NCBI GenBank assembly: GCA_041170785.1
Contig: JBEDND010000252.1
Location: 1 to 59,272 of the forward strand
From: Bacteroidota bacterium
Lineage (GTDB): Bacteria; Bacteroidota; Bacteroidia; NS11-12g; UBA955
Reading direction: 5' to 3'
DNA length: 59,272 bases
Under the pieces are notes generated by a model that saw nothing but the letters and a program-made list of their open reading frames with translations, was not told where the DNA came from and made no database searches. Below are positions 53,853-59,272 of the stretch, in pieces (the stretch's first letter is position 1; each line of letters starts with the position of its first letter). Made by a program: the position numbers and the translations under genes.

Positions 53853-56800
53853 ATGAAAAAGTCTTTGTACCTCATCTCTGCACTGCTGTTGGGCAATGTG
53901 CTTGCACAAACGCCTGAGTCTGTGATCCTGAACAACCTGAAACCCAGGAACATTGGGCCCTCGGGCATGAGTGGCCGTGTGACTTCCATTGACGTGGAGC
54001 ACGCGCATCCCGAGCGCATCGTTATTGGCACGGCAAGCGGTGGCGTGTGGCGCAGCGATGATGGTGGACTGGAATGGCAGCCATTGTTCGACAAACAACA
54101 TGTGGGCAGCATTGGCGCCGTGGCCATCCAACAGAATAATCCTGCGGTGATTTGGGCCGGCACCGGCGAAGGAAATCCGCGCAACTCCCACAACAGTGGC
54201 AACGGCATCTATAAAAGCATCGACGGCGGCCGAAGCTGGACACGCATGGGGCTGGAACTTACACGCACCATCCACCGCATCATCATCCACCGCGACAATC
54301 CCGACATCCTGTATGTTGCCGCCCATGGCACAGCCTGGGGAAACAGCGAAGAACGCGGCGTATATAAAACCACCGACGGCGGTAAAACCTGGTCGCGCAT
54401 CCTGTTCACCAACAACAGCAGCGGCTGCGCTGAACTCATCGCAGATCCTTCCAATCCCGATAAACTGTTCGCCGCCATGTGGGATTACCGCCGCCAGCCC
54501 TGGACCTTCCGCAGTGGTGGACCGGGCAGTGGATTGTTCGTTACCCTGGACGGCGGCAAAACCTGGACGAAAAGAACAGATAAAGACGGATTGCCTAAAG
54601 GCGAACTCGGCCGCATTGGCCTGGCCATCTCCCAAAGCAAACCGAACATCGTTTATGCCATCGTGGAAAGTAAAAATCTGGAATTCTTCCGCAGTACCGA
54701 TGGCGGTTACCAATGGCAGAAAGTGTCTTCCTCAGAAACCATGGGAAACAGACCCTTTTACTACAACGAAATTTATTGCGATCCACAAAATGAAAACCGC
54801 ATCTACAGCTTGTGGAGTCAGATTTCCAAAAGTGAAGACGGTGGCAAAACATGGCAGGTGATGGTGAACTGGAATGATGTGCATCCCGACCACCATGCCT
54901 TCTTCATCCACCCCAACAACCCGAATCACCTGATCAATGGCAACGACGGTGGATTGAATTTCTCTTACGACGGCGGCAAAACCTGGCGCTTTGTGGAGAA
55001 TTTGCCGATAGGCCAGTTTTACCATGTTTCCATCGACAACGATACGCCTTACAACATCTACGGCGGCCTGCAAGACAACGGCAGCTGGCGCGGTCCGGCT
55101 TACGTGTGGAAATACGGAGGCATCCGCAACAGCTATTGGCAGGAACTGTTCTTCGGCGACGGCTTCGATGTAGCACCTTATCCCGGCGACGGCACCAAAG
55201 GCTACGCTATGGCGCAAGGCGGTGAGCTGGCCTTCTACAACATGAAGACCCATGAAACCTTTGGCATCAAACCCGTTCATCCCGAAGGCCAAAAGCTCCG
55301 CTTCAACTGGAATGCCGGTTTGGCGCTGGATCCGTTTAATCCCGATGGCGTGTTTTATGGAAGTCAATTCCTGCACTACAGCAGCAACCGCGGGGCCGGC
55401 TGGTCCATCATTTCACCTGACCTTACCACCAACGATACCTCTAAACAGCATCAGGCACAAAGCGGCGGACTTACCGTTGATGCCACCAATGCCGAAAACC
55501 ATTGTACCATTTTGGCCATCGAACCCAGCAAACTGGAAAAAGGCCTCATCTGGGTTGCCACCGACGATGGAAACCTGCAACTCACCCGCGATGGCGGAAA
55601 AACCTGGAACAACCTGAGCAGCAAACTACCCGGCCTTCCCGCCGGTTCATGGATTCCATACGTGCAATCAGGTCATACCAAACCCGGCGTTGCCTGGGTG
55701 GTGGCCAACAACTACCGTCGCAACGACTGGGATCCTTATCTATATTACACTTCCGATTATGGCAATACCTGGAAGCGCATGGCCGACCCGAAAAAAGTAC
55801 AAGGACATTGCCTCAGCGTTTGGCAAGATGCCGTCGAACCCAAACTTGTATTTCTGGGCACCGAACAAGGGCTTTGGATCAGTACCGATGAAGGCAATAC
55901 CTGGAACCGTTTCAACCAGCATTTCCCTGCTGTTCCGGTAAGCGACCTGAAGGTTCACCCCCGCGAACACGACCTCGTGATTGGCACCTTCGGAAGGGCC
56001 ATTTGGGTGTTGGACGACATCACTCCACTGCGTGCAGTTGTTTCCGGGAAGAAGAAACCACAGGAGCAAGCATTGACGCTCTTCCCCGTGCAGCCCGCCG
56101 TGCGTGCCGCATACAATCAGCCTGAGGGCATCCGTTTCCCGGCCAATGGTTTCTGGGAAGGAGCCAACAAGAAGGCAGGTGCGCAGCTTTCCTTCTACGT
56201 GAAGAAGACAAACGCCGATCAAGAAGAAAAAATCAAAATCACCGGCACCGTATTCAACGAACAGGGACAAAAAATCCGAACACATCGCTTTACCGTGGAC
56301 AGCAGTGGCTTTTACCGCATCCAGTGGCGCTTTGTCAGCGATGGCATACGTTTCCCTTCAGAAGGAAAAACAGATCCGGATGCCGACCTGCCTGAAGGTC
56401 CCAGGGTAGCTCCGGGCAAATACAACTTGGTGCTCACGTACGGAAAACATCAGGATTCTTCTTGGTGTACGGTTCTGGAGGATCCGCGCAAACCCTTCCA
56501 GCGCCAGGCGTATGATTCGAGCATGGCCCTGTACCGCCGGTTTGCAGTGGTTACTACCAGGGCTTTTGAAGCATATGAAGCCATCAAAAGTGCCGAGAAA
56601 TCGCTGTCAATTACCCGTGAAGCGATGAATTTCGCCGGCGACAGCCTGAAGAGTCAGCTCCAAAAAGAAAGCAAGAAGCTCCAGGACAGTTTACAACAAT
56701 TTAAAGCCCTGTTCATGCTTCCTGCTGATATTCGCGGCTACGAAGATGTGACCGTGCGTCTGAACAACCTGTTGTATGATGCTTATGGCTACAGCGTAAA

Positions 56801-56972
56801 TACGGCTTCTTTCCCCGGCCGCAATGCATTGGATGCAGTGCGTATTGCTGCCGAAGAAACAGATAAAATTTGCCTGCGGCTGAACGCATTCTTCCATGGC
56901 CCATGGAAGCAGTTTTCGCAGAAAGTAGAACAAAACAGGGCGCCATTATTTAAAGAAATTCAGAAACTATAA
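53853..56972 (+). CDS. Secreted BNR/Asp-box repeat (sortilin/VPS10-like double propeller) protein
   Basis: Signal peptide MKKSLYLISALLLGNVLA and ten Asp-box motifs: SDDGGLEW, SIDGGRSW, TTDGGKTW, TLDGGKTW, STDGGYQW, SEDGGKTW, SYDGGKTW, TRDGGKTW, TSDYGNTW and STDEGNTW. Confidence 0.8.
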   Translation: MKKSLYLISALLLGNVLAQTPESVILNNLKPRNIGPSGMSGRVTSIDVEHAHPERIVIGTASGGVWRSDDGGLEWQPLFDKQHVGSIGAVAIQQNNPAVIWAGTGEGNPRNSHNSGNGIYKSIDGGRSWTRMGLELTRTIHRIIIHRDNPDILYVAAHGTAWGNSEERGVYKTTDGGKTWSRILFTNNSSGCAELIADPSNPDKLFAAMWDYRRQPWTFRSGGPGSGLFVTLDGGKTWTKRTDKDGLPKGELGRIGLAISQSKPNIVYAIVESKNLEFFRSTDGGYQWQKVSSSETMGNRPFYYNEIYCDPQNENRIYSLWSQISKSEDGGKTWQVMVNWNDVHPDHHAFFIHPNNPNHLINGNDGGLNFSYDGGKTWRFVENLPIGQFYHVSIDNDTPYNIYGGLQDNGSWRGPAYVWKYGGIRNSYWQELFFGDGFDVAPYPGDGTKGYAMAQGGELAFYNMKTHETFGIKPVHPEGQKLRFNWNAGLALDPFNPDGVFYGSQFLHYSSNRGAGWSIISPDLTTNDTSKQHQAQSGGLTVDATNAENHCTILAIEPSKLEKGLIWVATDDGNLQLTRDGGKTWNNLSSKLPGLPAGSWIPYVQSGHTKPGVAWVVANNYRRNDWDPYLYYTSDYGNTWKRMADPKKVQGHCLSVWQDAVEPKLVFLGTEQGLWISTDEGNTWNRFNQHFPAVPVSDLKVHPREHDLVIGTFGRAIWVLDDITPLRAVVSGKKKPQEQALTLFPVQPAVRAAYNQPEGIRFPANGFWEGANKKAGAQLSFYVKKTNADQEEKIKITGTVFNEQGQKIRTHRFTVDSSGFYRIQWRFVSDGIRFPSEGKTDPDADLPEGPRVAPGKYNLVLTYGKHQDSSWCTVLEDPRKPFQRQAYDSSMALYRRFAVVTTRAFEAYEAIKSAEKSLSITREAMNFAGDSLKSQLQKESKKLQDSLQQFKALFMLPADIRGYEDVTVRLNNLLYDAYGYSVNTASFPGRNALDAVRIAAEETDKICLRLNAFFHGPWKQFSQKVEQNRAPLFKEIQKL

Positions 56973-56976
56973 CATC

Positions 56977-58029
56977 GTGAAGCGCATCATATGGACGCTG
57001 TTGGTGCTTTCCCTCGCCACAGCATTGGTTTGGAGGATTGTGGCCGGCAATAAAGGCGTAAAGAAGACAGCGCAGGGTGGCCCGGGGAAACAGGCAGCAC
57101 CCATATCGGTGGTTGTGGCATCCGCAGCAAGTTCCGGCGGCACCTTGTCGGTGAGCGGAACCTTACGTGCACCGGAACAGGTACAGCTGCGCGCTGAAGC
57201 TGCCGGTCGCGTGGTTTGGCTGAACATGCCTGAAGGTGCACGGGTAGAAGCCGGAACCCTGCTGGCCCGCATCAACGATGCAGAACTGCGCGCGCTGCAC
57301 AAGAAAATCACCGCACAGCTTCAAATAGCAACGCCTCGCGTAACAAGACTGCAAACGCTGCGCAGCGCAGGTGGCGTGAGCGCCGATGAGCTGGAAGCTG
57401 CCGAACAGGAGCGCGCAAACCTTCAGGCCGAACTCGAACAAACCGAGGCCCGACTGGCCATGTGTGAACTCAAGGCACCCTTTAGCGGGGTGCTCGGACT
57501 CAGGCGCATCAGCAGTGGAAGCATCGTTTCCACGCAGGATGTGTTCAGCACGCTTACCCAAATGGAGGGCATGCAACTGGACTTTGCCGTACCATCCACA
57601 TATGCAGCTTCGGTGGTGAAAGGAAGTAGGATTACCTTCAGCGGAGAAAGCAGCGGCGATACTTTTCAGGCAATAGTTATTGCTTCTGAAGCGGCACTCG
57701 ACGAACAAACAAGAACACTCACGGTGCGGGCACAGGTTCAAGGGCAACATTCGGTATTGAAGCCGGGTATGTTCTGCAAAGTGCTGGTACCGCTCACACA
57801 GCAATCCGGAAGCATCAGCCTGCCCACAGAAGCATTGGTGCCGGTATTGCGCGGTTATCAGGTGTATTTGGTAAAACAGGGGAAAGCCACGGCTACGCCG
57901 GTGGAAATCAGCGAACGGACAGAACAAACGGTACTGGTAAAGCGCGGACTGAGCGTGGGAGATTCAGTGATTACCCGCGGATTGCTCGGCCTCAGGCCCG
58001 GTGCACTGGTAAGGGTGGTGAACAGGTAA
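56977..58029 (+). CDS. Efflux RND transporter periplasmic adaptor subunit
   Basis: N-terminal anchor, a lipoyl/hairpin/beta-barrel layout (GTLLARINDAEL...coiled coil...LKAPFSGVLGLR) and a GTG start. It lies directly upstream of the RND pump. Confidence 0.85.
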   Translation: MKRIIWTLLVLSLATALVWRIVAGNKGVKKTAQGGPGKQAAPISVVVASAASSGGTLSVSGTLRAPEQVQLRAEAAGRVVWLNMPEGARVEAGTLLARINDAELRALHKKITAQLQIATPRVTRLQTLRSAGGVSADELEAAEQERANLQAELEQTEARLAMCELKAPFSGVLGLRRISSGSIVSTQDVFSTLTQMEGMQLDFAVPSTYAASVVKGSRITFSGESSGDTFQAIVIASEAALDEQTRTLTVRAQVQGQHSVLKPGMFCKVLVPLTQQSGSISLPTEALVPVLRGYQVYLVKQGKATATPVEISERTEQTVLVKRGLSVGDSVITRGLLGLRPGALVRVVNR

Positions 58030-58038
58030 AAAACAGCC

Positions 58039-59272
58039 GTGTCGTTATCATCCATCAGCATCAAAAGGCCGGTTCTGGCCATCGTGATGAACTTGCTCAT
58101 CCTGCTGTTCGGGTTCATGGGCATGCGTTACCTAGGCGTTCGGGAGTTTCCTTCCATTGACCCGCCGGTGATTACTGTACGCACCAGCTACGGCGGCGCC
58201 AGCGCAGATATCGTAGAATCTCAAATCACCGAGCCACTGGAAAAAGCCATCAACGGCATTGCCGGCATCCGCTCGATTTCTTCTGCCAGCAACCTGGGTT
58301 CCAGTGTGATTACAGTAGAGTTCGACCTGAACTCCGACCTGGAAGCCGCTGCCAACGATGTGCGCGATAAAGTATCGCAGGCGGTGCGCAGCCTGCCGCG
58401 GGACATTGACGGATTGCCCGTGGTGAGCAAGGCAGATGCCAACAGCGATGCCATCATCACCATGACGGTGCGCAGCGCCAGCCGCGACCCACTGGAAGTG
58501 AGCGACTTCGCCGAATACGTGCTTGCCGAACGGCTGCAAACCATTCCGGGTGTTTCCAATATCCAGATTTGGGGACAACGCCGCTATGCCATGCGCATAT
58601 GGATGGATCCGGTGAAACTGGCTGCACATCAACTTACAACACAAGACGTACAACGTGCCCTCGACCGTGAACATGTGGAACTTCCCGCAGGAAAAATATC
58701 CGGTGATGCTACCGAACTGAGTGTGAAAACCCAGGGAAGAATGCGCACCACGGAAGAGTTTAATCGCTTGATTATCAGTGATGTAAACGGCAAAACGGTT
58801 CGCCTTTCAGACATCGGATATGCCAGGCTTGGTGTGGAAAATGAAGAAACTGTATTGCGTGAACGCGGCGTGCCCATGATTGGTCTGGCGCTGGTGCCTC
58901 AGCCCGGTGCCAACTACATTGATATTTCCAATGAATTCAGCAAGCGATTCTCAGAAATTAAGAAGTCAGTTCCGGCAGATTATGAGATAAACATCGCCCT
59001 GGACAATACCATGTTTGTGCGGCGTTCCCTGGAAGAAGTGGGAGAAACCCTCATCATCGCCCTGCTGCTTGTGGTGGTGATTATTTACCTGTTCTTCCGC
59101 GATTGGCTCATTGCGCTGCGTCCGCTGATTGACATTCCCGTATCGCTGGTCGGGGTGTTTTTCCTGATGTACCTGATGGGCTATTCTGTGAATGTACTGT
59201 CGCTGCTTGCCATCGTATTGGCCACCGGACTGGTGGTGGATGATGGCATTGTAGTCACGGAGAATATTTACA
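58039..59272 (+). CDS. Efflux RND transporter permease subunit (AcrB/HAE1-like), C-terminus cut by window edge
   Basis: Not in the ORF track because it is open at the edge. Translation from the GTG at 58039 gives VSLSSISIKRPVLAIVMNLLILLFGFMGMRYLGVREFPSIDPPVITVRTSYGGASADIVESQITEPLE...LATGLVVDDGIVVTENIY, the canonical RND N-terminus and TM4 motif. Confidence 0.9.
   Translation, partial: MSLSSISIKRPVLAIVMNLLILLFGFMGMRYLGVREFPSIDPPVITVRTSYGGASADIVESQITEPLEKAINGIAGIRSISSASNLGSSVITVEFDLNSDLEAAANDVRDKVSQAVRSLPRDIDGLPVVSKADANSDAIITMTVRSASRDPLEVSDFAEYVLAERLQTIPGVSNIQIWGQRRYAMRIWMDPVKLAAHQLTTQDVQRALDREHVELPAGKISGDATELSVKTQGRMRTTEEFNRLIISDVNGKTVRLSDIGYARLGVENEETVLRERGVPMIGLALVPQPGANYIDISNEFSKRFSEIKKSVPADYEINIALDNTMFVRRSLEEVGETLIIALLLVVVIIYLFFRDWLIALRPLIDIPVSLVGVFFLMYLMGYSVNVLSLLAIVLATGLVVDDGIVVTENIY

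Noticed and set aside
1-59272. Mobile elements, prophage, a defence island, a CRISPR-Cas locus, a toxin-antitoxin pair or a secondary-metabolite cluster anywhere in the window.
   Set aside because: I recognised no transposase, integrase, recombinase, Cas, restriction-modification, Abi or TA genes, and no core biosynthetic enzymes. There are no flanking direct or inverted repeats and no tRNA integration site. The YwqK-like repeats at 48861-50009 are a structural repeat family here, not part of a TA pair.

Overview
This 59.3-kb chromosomal segment reads as Bacteroidota, probably a Chitinophagia- or Sphingobacteriia-like genome. The evidence is T9SS type-B cargo proteins with a PorP/SprF gene, a 287-aa primary sigma factor without region 1.1, and perfect TAnnTTTG -7 promoter motifs upstream of ten transcription units. 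I call 46 protein-coding genes. Two are truncated by the window edges (an Nramp transporter at the 5' edge and an RND pump at the 3' edge). One, rpmH, is too short to appear in the ORF track. I also call 3 intrinsic terminators and 10 promoter motifs. I found no rRNA, tRNA, CRISPR array, transposase, integrase, phage gene or recognisable defence system. Positions 2573-20733 form one uninterrupted minus-strand block of 16 genes. Most of the content is housekeeping: metK, trhO, mutL, recJ, sucB, rpmH-rnpA-yidD, feoAB, rpoD, mnmA, gltX, rlmB and ugd. I did not find one clear-cut novel system; the following are the parts worth a second look, and all are leads resting on motifs read by eye. (1) A translationally coupled four-gene LytTR signalling module. 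Its first gene is a sensor-less kinase paralog that keeps the phospho-acceptor His but has lost the ATP-binding N and G boxes. (2) A type-B T9SS adhesin paired with a PorP/SprF gene that carries an extra SPOR-like C-terminal domain, plus a second, orphan 1459-aa type-B adhesin with phased TGTCAY repeats in its promoter. (3) A tight mutL-rhomboid-rhomboid-membrane EEP array. (4) A membrane Fe-S (NarI/HdrE-like) protein and its CCG-domain partner encoded 20 kb apart, the partner sitting next to feoAB. (5) Two GT-C glycosyltransferases (GT39 and DUF2723/TMEM260-like) and a Ugd/UXS/aminotransferase cluster. (6) A Tat-signal DOPA-dioxygenase cluster. Several ORF-track start codons are revised using the promoter motifs, family N-termini and ATGA-type gene overlaps.
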